From Octopus sinensis (Eukaryota): 64,000 bases of DNA. A program made the position numbers and the translations under genes. The number at the start of each line of letters is the position of its first letter. Positions within the stretch are counted from its first letter, which is position 1. Location: NCBI RefSeq assembly GCF_006345805.1, contig NC_042999.1, positions 62,000,001 through 62,064,000 on the forward strand, given 5' to 3'. Below are positions 24,882 through 36,080 of this stretch, piece after piece. Under the pieces are notes generated by a model. That model was not told the DNA's origin. It worked only from the letters and a program-made list of their open reading frames with translations, and did not search any database.

Positions 24882-25891
24882 TCTATATATATAAAACTGT
24901 AGTTGTGTGAGTGTCTGTCTCCTACGATTTAGATTCCTAACTCCTCCTACATTTTGCGGTGCAGTTTAACCAAATTCGGGTATCTTATAGTCGTGATTAA
25001 TATCAAGCCCGTCTGGCTATTAGCGCGCGTCTATGATGAGTCTACGATTTTAAAAATAATTTAACATCATTTTTTATTCCATTTTAATGCATAATTTTTC
25101 GTTTGTCGATGGCGGCGGAGTTGGCGTCCACGCTCAAACACCTGCACCTGTGTTTGCTTCTCCCCCTTCTTCCCTCCCTCGTGAAGCTGTGGGGAAGGGA
25201 GTTTAAGGAAATCAACGTCGTAATGCGTTGTCAAGGAAACCAGCGTTCTTTTAGAACAACGACTTCATGGCTTGAAGACACCAAAACAAAAATGCTAAGA
25301 AAGCCCGAGTTTATAAGGGAAGTAACTCTCTAAAAATGCTTATATAGTTTTTCCCTTACAAACCCTAGCAACGCCGGGCGATACTGCTAGTCTATATATA
25401 TAAAACTCTAGTTGTGTGAGTGTCTGTCCCCTTCGATTAGATTCCTAACTCCTCCCACATTTTGCGGTGCAGTTTAACCAAATTCGGGTATCTTATAGTC
25501 GTGATTCATATCGCCCCGTCTGACTATTAGCGCGCGTCAACGATGATCTGATTAAAAATAATTTACATCATTTTTTATTCCATTTTAATGCATAAAATGC
25601 ATCGTGTGTCGATGGCGGCGAGTTGGAGTTCACGCTCACAGCTGCACTGTGTTTGCTTCTCCCCCTTCTTCCCTCCCTCGTGAAGCTGTGGGGAATGGAG
25701 TGTAAAGAAATCAACGTCGTAATGCGTTGTGAAGGAGACCAGCGTTCTTTTAGAACAACGACTTCATGGCTTGAAGACACCAAAACAAAAATGGCTAAGA
25801 AAGCCCGAGTTTATAAGGGAAGTAACTCTCTAAAAATGCTTATATAGTTATTTCCCTTACAAACCCGAGCAACGCCGGGCGATACTGCTAT
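24882..25891 (+). mobile_element. Head-to-tail Helitron dimer
   Basis: Copy 1 is 24882-25390 (TC...CTAG), joined directly to copy 2 at 25391-25891 (TC...CTAT). Same family as 12349-12860. Confidence 0.88.
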
Positions 25892-25997
25892 CGTATATAT
25901 ATAATTGAAAAATAGGATAAAATCTTTATAAGAATTTATCAAGTAGTTAGCGTGAAAAACCACATAAGGGAAACATTTATTAATTATTCCTTTTAAA

Positions 25998-26118
25998 TAT
26001 ATTTATTTATATTAAGGGAATTACTATACAGAAATGCCTCACGCTAGTTTTGACTTTAAGAGTCCCTCCTAGCGTGAGGCATTTAAGTATAGTAATGCCC
26101 ATATTTAAATAAATATAA
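25998..26118. repeat. ~120-bp foldback hairpin
   Basis: ATTACTATAC-AG-AAATGCCTCACGCTAG pairs with CTAGCGTGAGGCATTT-AA-GTATAGTAAT, and the stem extends through AT-rich flanks. Confidence 0.85.
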
Positions 26119-26136
26119 ATATATATATATATATAT

Positions 26137-26181
<45 letters not shown>

Positions 26182-26580
26182 GAGTTTCAGTCTACTAAAT
26201 CCACTCATAAGGCTCCTGTGCGGCTATTCACAATTCAAAACCAAAAGGTACAAGTTCAATCATCACTAGGGTGACTAAGGGTGCAAATGAGCACTAGCTT
26301 TGCTAGAAATAAGAGTCGAAACAACTCTTAGACACGGGCAGAGACTTATCTGTTTATTGACAAGGGAGAAAAGTGTTGTTTTGACTCTTATTTGTAGAGA
26401 TGTTGGTGCTAATACTTACTCTTAGTTTAGTGACGTTTGTACGTTTGTAAGGCCTGGTGTTTAGTACATCGCACTCTTTTGCCGTACCGCTAAGTTACAG
26501 GGACGTAAACACACCAGCAGTGATTGTCAAGTGAGAGAAAACAAACATAGACTCCAACACACACACACACACACCACACA

Positions 26581-26657
<77 letters not shown>

Positions 26658-27572
26658 TATATATATAAATACGAGAGGCTTCTTTCAATTTCCGTCTACC
26701 AAATCCACTCATAAGGCTTTTGTCGGCCCATGGCTATAGCAGAAGACACATGCCCAAGGTGCCAGGCAGTGGGACTGAACCCTGAACCATATGGTTGGGA
26801 AGCAAGCATTGTACCATTCAACCACGCACACACATACACACACATACATATATACATATGTGTGTGTGTGTGTGTGTGTACATACACATATACAGAAAGA
26901 TCTACATAAACTTACACATGTATTCATATATGTGTATGCATGTATGTATTTGTGCATATTTATTTACATATATATATATGAAATGTGTACTCTACACACA
27001 TATGTATATACATATGTACATACATGCATACACTCACATACACAGACAGACCCACGCAGACCCACGCACATGCGTGTGTGTGTGTGTGTGTGTGTGTGTG
27101 AGTGTGTGTGTGTGTGTGTGCGTGTGTGTGTTGTATTATATATGTGTATGCATATGTATGTATGCATGTATGTATGAATGTATGTGTGTACGTTTGTATG
27201 AATTCATGTATGTATGTGTGTATGTATATATGTACGCATGTATGTACGCATGTATGTATGTAAAAATAAAGACGTATGACAGCTAAACATGATAAGATCA
27301 TTTTTATACACTTTATACACACAGTTTCGAAAATCAAATTAAAGACTAAGATTAAAAACAAAGGAATTCGCCTGAAACATGAGAAAATGTATGATGAAAA
27401 CTTGTTAGATGTCATTAATTTCTTAAATTTCAATTAACATTGCCTTTAAGCTGTGTTTGTGAAGTTGTTAAAATTGTCTAACCATGATAAAACAAAAACT
27501 GAAAATAAAGTTATACACTTCAATATATTTTTCTTTATTTTTAGATGCTTTGATAGAATTCAGATATTTGCC

Positions 27573-28308
27573 ATGGAATGTATAAAGAACAAGACTAATT
27601 CCGTACGGCTGTAAATACTGAATTTTAATATAGGCACAAGGCTGCAGATTCTCGGAGAACTGTATTCTGTTTTTGACAGGTGTTTATTTTGCCTTGCTTT
27701 GGATTAGGTCTTCTACTCGTGCTGGAATCTTAACTGTGCCTTTGTGACACACACAGCGTGTCTTAGTCATTTTTAGACCTGGCGGAACCCATCCTTCCAT
27801 TGGTTTGAACGCAGCCGATTTCTTCCAGAAAAATGGATAGGGAGAGAGAAAGAAAGAGAAAGTGGGTTAAAGAGATGGAATAGGCGCAGTCACGGATGTG
27901 TGGTAAGAAGCTTGCTTCCCAACCACATGGTTCCGGATTAGGTCCCACTGCGTGGCACCTTCAACAGTGTCTTTTGGTGTATATATATATATATATATAA
28001 TATATATATATATTATATACACAAAAATTCTATATAAATAATATATATATATATAATATATATATATACAATACACACAAAAATTCTATAATTATGAGTG
28101 TAATTATAATTAAGGTCAGCCAAAATTTACTTCACCACATACCGAAATTTAGAAATAGCAGTTAAAACTAACAATTTCACTACCATAAGACAATCTTCCA
28201 GACAGCAATACTCAACAACTTTTCTCCGAGAATATGCAGCCTTGTGCGTATCGTAAAATTCAATGTTTACAGCCGTACGGAATTAGTTTTGTGCCTCGTC
28301 TATTCCAT
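27573..28308. repeat. ~87-bp inverted repeat pair (27573-27659 / 28222-28308)
   Basis: ATGGAAT...CTAATTCCGTACGGCTGTAAA...GCACAAGGCTGCAGATTCTCGGAGAA matches the reverse complement of the right arm. Confidence 0.75.
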
Positions 28309-28454
28309 ATTCCTCTATTCTTTTATTTGTGTGAGTCATTTGACAGCGGCCATGCTGAAGCACCACCTTAAAGGGTTTTTAGTCAAAGAAATCAACCCCA
28401 GCACTTAAGAACTTAAACACACCAACATCGGCAGTCAAGCGATTGTGGGGTAAA

Positions 28455-28488
<34 letters not shown>

Positions 28489-28542
28489 GATAGATCATTA
28501 GCCACTACACACATTTTTTTCTCTCCTTGTTTTTCTGTGTCC

Positions 28543-28578
28543 CTTTCTGTAGAAGAGCGTAGGCTCGAAACGTAAAAG
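28543..28578 (+). ncRNA. Minimal hammerhead-like motif (CUGUAGA core variant)
   Basis: CTTT CTGTAGA A GAGC GTAG GCTC GAAA CG T A AAAG. Confidence 0.55.
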
Positions 28579-28664
28579 ACTTTTTCAATTCCTGAGCGTT
28601 ATACTAATACATCTGTTGTTGTCTACATCACCTGTTTGTCTTTTGTTTTTTTCGTAAACTCTCC

Positions 28665-28740
<76 letters not shown>

Positions 28741-28743
<3 letters not shown>

Positions 28744-28803
28744 TCAGGTTATCATTAATGGTGCGAAAGTGAGAAATTAACATTTTGTTGATAACTGATG
28801 AAG
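28741..28803 (+). ncRNA. Rearranged hammerhead-like motif, copy A (cleavage site mutated)
   Basis: TTCTCAG-G-TTATCA-TTAATGGTGC-GAAA-GTGAGAA-ATTAACATTTTGT-TGATAA-CTGATGA-AG. Confidence 0.5.
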
Positions 28804-29046
28804 AATTCGGAATCCTCTTTGTCTGTCTCCCGTCTGGTTGTTTCCCTCGATATACGTATATGTTTCATATCTGTCGTTGTTTATTTGCAATGCATTTTTT
28901 CATTTATTAAGCTACTGTACGCACACACACCCGGATTTTTTAACAGTAAGCTATAATATATTTTGTGCGACTCTGTTCTTGCCTTCCCTCTTTCTCCTTT
29001 TCTCTCACACCCTCTTCTATTTCTAACCTGTCTACTATCCCCTTTT

Positions 29047-29109
<63 letters not shown>

Positions 29110-29304
29110 CTCTCACTTGTATTTCTCCTTCCCCTTTCCCCACTTCATTTCTTCCCTTATTTTCTGTCTATTTTCTCTCTGTTGCTCTCTCTCCTTTTTT
29201 TCCCTCTACTTGCTGCTGACTCGTGACCCATGACCAGCTTTTCTCCATTCTCTCCCTTTTCACAATGGCCTCCCAGCCGTTTGGTCGCAAAAAGTTTCTT
29301 TTTG

Positions 29305-29686
29305 CTATTTCCATGTCCTTTAGCAAACGGATTAAGTCGATTATATCGACCCCAGTGCGTAACTGGTACTTATTTAATCGACCCCGAAAAGATGAAAGGC
29401 AAAGTCGACCTCGGCGGAATTTGAACTCAGAGCGTAGCGGCAGACGAAATATCTATTTCTTTATTGCCCACAAGGGGCCAAACACAGAGAGGACAAACAA
29501 GGACAGACAAACGGATTAAGTCGATTACATCGACCCCAGTGCGTAACTGGTACTTAATTTATCGACCCCGAAAGGATGAAAGGCAAAGTTGACCTCGGCG
29601 GAATTTGAACTCAGAACGTAGCGGCAGACGAAATACCGCTAAGCATCTCGCCCGGCATGCTAACGTTTCTGCCAGCTCACCGCTTC
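29305..29686 (-). mobile_element. Family A SINE, two-unit array
   Basis: Reverse complement of the family A consensus, with CpGs largely retained. Confidence 0.8.
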
Positions 29687-29884
29687 AGGATTTCTCCTAA
29701 GCGTTACCCACTATTCTTGTCTTTTGGGCTCTAAGGCCGTATTTTGCTCGTTTGCTATTTATTTCGCCCTTGTCCAACGCCTTAGATTACATTTTTTTAC
29801 ATTTGTACGTCCATTATGTGTTGTTTTGGTTGCTTGAGACCCGACATTCTCTGCGACTTTCGCAGGCACCACCACTATGAGAAG

Positions 29885-29948
29885 TTCTCAGTCTTATCAT
29901 TAATGGTGCAAAACTGAGCATTACCATTTTGGTTGATAACTGATGAAG
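29885..29948 (+). ncRNA. Rearranged hammerhead-like motif, copy B (GAAA to AAAA)
   Basis: TTCTCAG-TC-TTATCA-TTAATGGTGC-AAAA-CTGAGCA-TTACCATTTTGGT-TGATAA-CTGATGA-AG. Confidence 0.5.
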
Positions 29949-30487
29949 AATTAGGGACCCTCTGTGTCTGTCACCCGTTCGGTAGTTACCTCTGTATACG
30001 TTTACATTTTCATCTGTTATTATTTATTTACAAGGCATTTTTCATTGTGTGTGTTAATGTGTGTGTTTGTGTGTGTGTGTGTGTGTGTGTTCCATAGGAT
30101 TCCAAGTGACAGACCGGAGGGTTTCTAACACATATACACAAGGCCAAATCCAATTATATAGGATAGGAGTTAGATAACATCTACCCCAGAATATCACTGG
30201 CACCATCCAAGACGTGGAAGAGTGCACTTTGTCACGTGAGCTGCAAAAAGTAACCGTTAAATCTCCCTCAAATCACATCTCGCTGTCTTCCTAAAATAGA
30301 GTACGCATCAGTGTGTATGTGTGAAGCAGATAGTGATGTGTATGAATGTTCGAAATGAGGAGTAGATAGACAGCCGACAACTGATGAAGGTTCCTTTGTG
30401 TTTACTTGTCCTGTTTTCCATTTTTTCTCGTTCCTTACACATTTCATGTTATTTACACCGTTGGTGACGTCCTGTACCCATATATGC

Positions 30488-30520
<33 letters not shown>

Positions 30521-31850
30521 TGTATACACTAGATGATATAAACCGGAGGGCCGTGTAACTAGAAAACAAATGATAGAATTGATTTGGGTTGACGACCTTT
30601 GCTGATAGGTATTAAAGATAATAATTAACCTCGCTGTGATTTGAACTCAGAACTCAGAATACAAAGGGTTGAAATTAAATACCGCAAAGCATTGTGTTCG
30701 TTGCTCTAAGTATCCTCTGTACTGTAACAATAACGACAATAAAATTAAATAACTGGTGCTGTGATATAAACGAGGAAACATCACCGCCAGTTTCGTTTGT
30801 AGTCGGAAGCAAAATAAAAAAAATACACATCGATTTAAAATTAAATGTTATCACATCTGTACGAATTGTAGGAACGTGATAAAATGACGAAGACACGAAC
30901 TAGCAGATATGTGGTTTATGAGTTAAAACAACTTTGTGGTAAGCTACTAAATAAAAGATAATGATAATCTAATTAAAAACTTGACTATGAATCGGATATA
31001 TGTTTATTGATCGATGTGAGGTTATCGGTTTTGTTCTACCTTTCAATAAATTACTTTATCATTATCGGTATTGCTCTATTGGTCTGAACTTATTTTCATA
31101 TTCTTAACTTTTCTAACGTTTGTGATCGGCTCTAAAAATTATTCATGGTCGCACGCGACATTATTGATACACACTAATTAAGGTCATTGATACGTCTCTT
31201 CCTAGACTGATCGGATTTACATTACTGATTGATTCAAACAGTATTGATTAAACTTACAATTATTAATTACTCCAAGTTTTTATCGATCTGTTTATCTTCG
31301 AATTGACCGAATTATAGATTTTCAAGATGTCTGAAGACGAAACTGTCTGGTTAAAACAAAAAAACTTACGTACACGGAAATACATATACATATGCAGATA
31401 TACATGCGTATGTATATTTATGTGTATATGCATATATATACAAAAGTGTAGAGTGGAATATCTGATAGTAGGATATAAATAAGTGAGTCCTTCATTCAGG
31501 TGGTGTTTGGTGTGTAATATTCTTTCACTTGAAAAAAATACTGAGCATTCTCCCAATGAACTATATTTCGGATATATTCTAAATTTGGACTTGTTCTTGT
31601 TTTAGTAATTCACTCGAACTGGAGTGCTTAGTTGAAGCTGAAACAATTACGTCATTGTAGAATCGAGATAGTTATTCAAGACAACCATGTTATTTATATA
31701 TTCACTTTGTTTTATTTTGCAATTATATTATTCTACCTTAAAAACTGCCAAAGATTTTCTTCTTAGATTTACGATCTGGCCACTGACATTCTACTCTATT
31801 GCATCTGTTTCAACAGACCTTCTTAGATCATGCGAAATAAGTAACAACTC

Positions 31851-31933
<83 letters not shown>

Positions 31934-32555
31934 AAAATCCGTTGTCTGTCTCTGTGTGTCTTCTAGGATCTCGGGCATCCTCCATCCGATTGCACTCAAA
32001 TTTGATATGTAGATACCGACGGTATCAGGGCGAGTATAAGTCTTGAAAAAATTACAAAAGTTATTCCAGGTGAGAATGCGATCGATAAAGTGAATAAAAT
32101 CGTTTTTCTTTGGAATAGAAAAAAGTTTATCTTTATTTATTCTTTTGCTGGTGTCTCAAATTTAGGTTAAATCAATGTTTCTCAAAGGGGAGGCCTATGG
32201 GACGGTCGGACAAGTTGTTTTGAGACAATTTGGTTAAAATGTTTGACAACTCAGCACCGTCCATTGGACGGGAGGCGTTTTGCTCGTACATACATTTGAA
32301 TGCAGTAATATCAATGAAAAAACTCGCTGGAAACAGCTGTAACGAATGAACCTTTATCCATCTGTTGTTATTCATTTATTATTCACCTAACTCGGAACCT
32401 GCTGTTAGTGAGGATCTGGAATCTATTAAGTGTAGTACAATTACTGCAGTGTGTGTTCCTAAATACAGGCTTGAAACTCATACTATACCCAGTCAGGTAT
32501 AGTTAATTGTATATACAAGTGGAATAATTATGTCTGAATTCTGATATGTGTATAT

Positions 32556-32597
<42 letters not shown>

Positions 32598-32770
32598 TGT
32601 GTGTGCGTGTGTGTGTGCGTGTGTGTGTATACCAATGAACTGCATGTTTATTCTGAATACGTTACAGCGGATTTGAACTTGAATATGCCAGCCACTGTTG
32701 TTTCGTCATAGAACAACTTTTCCTTTACTGCGAGTGTATGTTCATAACACTCGATTCATTAGTGCAAGAG

Positions 32771-32821
32771 AGTTTCGGACATCCGATGTTTCGACATCGT
32801 TCGGTCTCATCAGCCAAAACC
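32771..32821 (-). ncRNA. Type I hammerhead ribozyme candidate
   Basis: GGTTTTGG CTGATGA GAC CGAACGAT GTC GAAA CAT CGG ATG T C CGAAAC: intact core, stems II and III pair, GUC site, imperfect stem I. Confidence 0.6.
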
Positions 32822-32987
32822 ATCTTAGATTAGTCTAACAAGGGTTCGAAGCTCTTGCTTATAACTTCAGTAAAAGCAGATGATAAATCGCCATATGCAT
32901 GGTGAACAGCAAGGATCGAAACAATGGCTTGCTTATTTATTCTTTATACATATGTGTGTGCGTGTGTGTGTGTATGTATGTAAATAC

Positions 32988-33060
<73 letters not shown>

Positions 33061-33157
33061 TATATATATGTATATATATGTATATGTGTGTGTGTGTGTG
33101 TGTTAAGACAACAAAAGAATGAAAGAGACCTGGATATTAATGTAAATAAGGGATTTT

Positions 33158-33352
33158 ATTTGTAATATAATATGTTACATTATTTGGGTGCCATGATATA
33201 AACTCTGAGTTTCGGATGTCGGGGCAGAACCCTGCACCAGCATCTCTTGCCTCGATGACTGAAGAGATGCCGGTGCAGGTTTCCGCCCCGACATCCGAAA
33301 CTCGGAGTTTTATCATGGCAACCGAATAATTGTCACATATTATATTACAAAT
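33158..33352. repeat. ~195-bp foldback whose right arm contains a hammerhead
   Basis: About 90-bp arms (ATTTGTAATATAAT...GCATCTCTT / AAGAGATGC...ATTATATTACAAAT) surround a 13-nt loop. Confidence 0.9.
33254..33314 (+). ncRNA. Type I hammerhead ribozyme candidate inside the foldback
   Basis: GATGA CTGAAGA GATG...CATC C GAAA CTCGGAG T T TTATC: 5-bp stem I, long stem II, near-palindromic stem III. Confidence 0.6.
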
Positions 33353-33394
33353 ATGTGTAATATAATACACACACACACACACACCATATATATA

Positions 33395-33434
<40 letters not shown>

Positions 33435-33619
33435 ATATATATATATATAAAGGCTGAGTAGACTGTAGCAACATGAAATGAAATGTTTTGTTCAGGAACA
33501 CAACCGCCGCCCGGTCCGGAAATCGAACCCGTGATCTAGCGTCTATGAGTGCAATACCCTAACCACCAGGTGCGCCCAGAGTTACATTGTAGCCATTAAA
33601 ATTCATATTTATTGTTATA

Positions 33620-34334
33620 CTAACAGTTTAGCCCGGCGTTGCTCGAGTTTGTTTTTTAGTTGCGCTTAAAACGGCAGACTTTGATATCGCGTTAACAAAG
33701 TTTTGACATAGTTTCAATCTATAAATAAAAGTATAGTGATGCGATGCTCGAGTTTGCTCTGAATATGCTGCAAATGTGTAATGCCAATTTCAATTGTTGG
33801 TATTGTTGGTTAATATTCCTTCTATTAACATTATGGAGAGAAAAAATTCCCCGTAGATTTAAACAAAATGAAGCTCAAGTTTAGAACTGCACTGAAAATC
33901 TATTAAGAAGTTAACACTGCAACAGTATTCATTAAGAAAAAGTACAGGAAAATCCGTCGTTCGCTCAAAACCAAGGACATCACAAAAAAATTCTTTTCGA
34001 CCCTTTAGAATTGGTATTATGTAACTTGTTATTCTCTTTAAGTGAACATTTTTCTAGTTGAAATACACCGAAAAATGGCGACACAGCGATCAAAAAATCG
34101 TAAAAAAACAGGGATTTTCATAGAAAAAAGCACCTTTTTGACGTAAATAATTTTTGGTCTTAACATGGTCCGATTTGAATTTTTTCTTCTACGGAATAAA
34201 GAGCAAATCTTCTTCTATCATACTCTCAATTTTGATCAACTTGCGCCGCAGGGTCTCGGAGGAGATAGTGTTAGTTGAAAGCTACCAAACCTGCCACACA
34301 CACACACAGACAACTTCAGCTTTATATATATAGA
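33620..34334 (-). mobile_element. Non-autonomous Helitron, second subfamily
   Basis: Minus strand starts TCTATATATATAAAGCTG and ends CTCGAGCAACGCCGGGCTAAACTGTTAG. Confidence 0.8.
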
Positions 34335-35466
34335 TTAACATTTGTTTTGTGTTGTATTATAGTTATATTCTATATAATATCAAAATATCAAAATATTTCC
34401 TCATACATCTACAGTAGACCTCTGACACTGATATAATTACTCTGCATCTATGTCTAGTTTTGTTTTTGTTTTGCTTTTTATCTGTGTGTTTTTGCATTCT
34501 CTTATTAATAAAATCCTCTATTTATGTTCGTGTCATCTATCATTGCGGAAATCATCTATTTTTGTTTATAAATATCATCTAATTTTGTCAAAATCATTTA
34601 TTGTCCCTATTGCTCAATTGATTTTAGTATTTCGTTATTTATTGTGATGTATTTTTATCAGAACGTTGATCAAGTAATAGAATACTTAGTTACGTCGAAT
34701 CAAGTCAATAAAATGTCAGACTGTCGGTTAAAGTTTCTATGACTCATAGCCTGCTGCAATTACCACGAAATACATAAAGCCTATCGCCAAAATACTTTGC
34801 TTTCGATTGCCCAGTTCACTAACCTGTGAATAGATATCATAAGCATGGAACCTAATGTAGCTGTTAAGCTTCATATGGGCTCTTAATAAGCAGATATTCC
34901 GGATGTGACTATCTCCAGCCGTTTCTTTTTCTGACGTCTTGTACGCAGATCTACATTCTCTAAACTGTGATTTTTAAGATAGTAAGGAACGATTTTAGTA
35001 AGATCTGTTGCTAATTCTAGCAGGTAGAGGCTTTCTTGATGTTCATGTTATTGTTGAGTCCCAGGTCAGACCTGAGAGAGCAGAACCGAGACCTACTACA
35101 TCATTACCTATCGAGCCATTTAGCCAATGTCTGATCGCTGCTAATCAGTGCACATCAACATACACCTTAATACTCGCCACCTCAAGGACACGGTGGTATT
35201 TCATATTAAGTTCGGAATTCGTCAGTTCAATGCAAATTATCCCTGATAATAACGTATGCTTCATCCTTGATCCAGGAGAAATGATTGGACGGTTAACTGA
35301 AACCAATATATTAGGTTTATCCTCCTAAATTCTGCACACAACCAAAATTCACATCCTCAAGATTTTCGTCTTAGATTTACGATCTGGCCACTAACTTTTT
35401 GCTCTATTGCATCTGTTTCAATAAATCTTCTTAGATCAAGCGAAATAAGTAACAACTCCGTTGTAA

Positions 35467-35498
<32 letters not shown>

Positions 35499-35828
35499 AT
35501 ATATATTATATTATATATATATATATATTACGGAGATGTACTCGCATAGCAGTAATTTGATCTGAGATCGTGTGCTGAAACGAAAACAATTGCAGCGTGG
35601 AAGGTGTTTATAAGCCATTTAAGAAACACACAAAAGCCGTTCGATTCACTTCAGCATTTAAGTTTAATTGTCAAATATTTTCGTCGCTAAAATCCGCGAC
35701 CTGTTCATGACAAAAATCCGTGCTGCATCTATATATTATATATAATATATATATAATATATATATGTATGTATGTATGTATAATATATATATCTATATAT
35801 ATATATATATATTATATATATATATATA

Positions 35829-35896
<68 letters not shown>

Positions 35897-35920
35897 TATA
35901 TATATATGTATGATATATAT

Positions 35921-35980
<60 letters not shown>

Positions 35981-36045
35981 CCGCGTGTGTACCTTGGCGA
36001 TTTCTTTCCTCCGTCTCCCCTTCCTTGGATCTTTCCTTTTCCTAT

Positions 36046-36080
36046 GTTTCTGACGAAGAGCTCCGCTCGAAACGTTAAAT
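36046..36080 (+). ncRNA. Minimal type I hammerhead with canonical core
   Basis: GTTT CTGACGA A GAGC TCC GCTC GAAA CG T T AAAT in a (TA)n-flanked ~200-bp element related to the 1775/4682/28543 family. Confidence 0.65.

Noticed and set aside
31331-31347. CTGAAGA-C-GAAA-CTG-TC
   Set aside because: Stem II is absent and there is no stem I pairing.
35651-35700. Hammerhead on the minus strand (TTGTC ATGAACA G GTCGC...GCGAC GAAA ATAT T T GACAA)
   Set aside because: The stems are good, but two core positions (C3, G8) are mutated. It is treated as a decayed pLTR copy and not listed as a feature, as is the similar remnant near 11640-11675.
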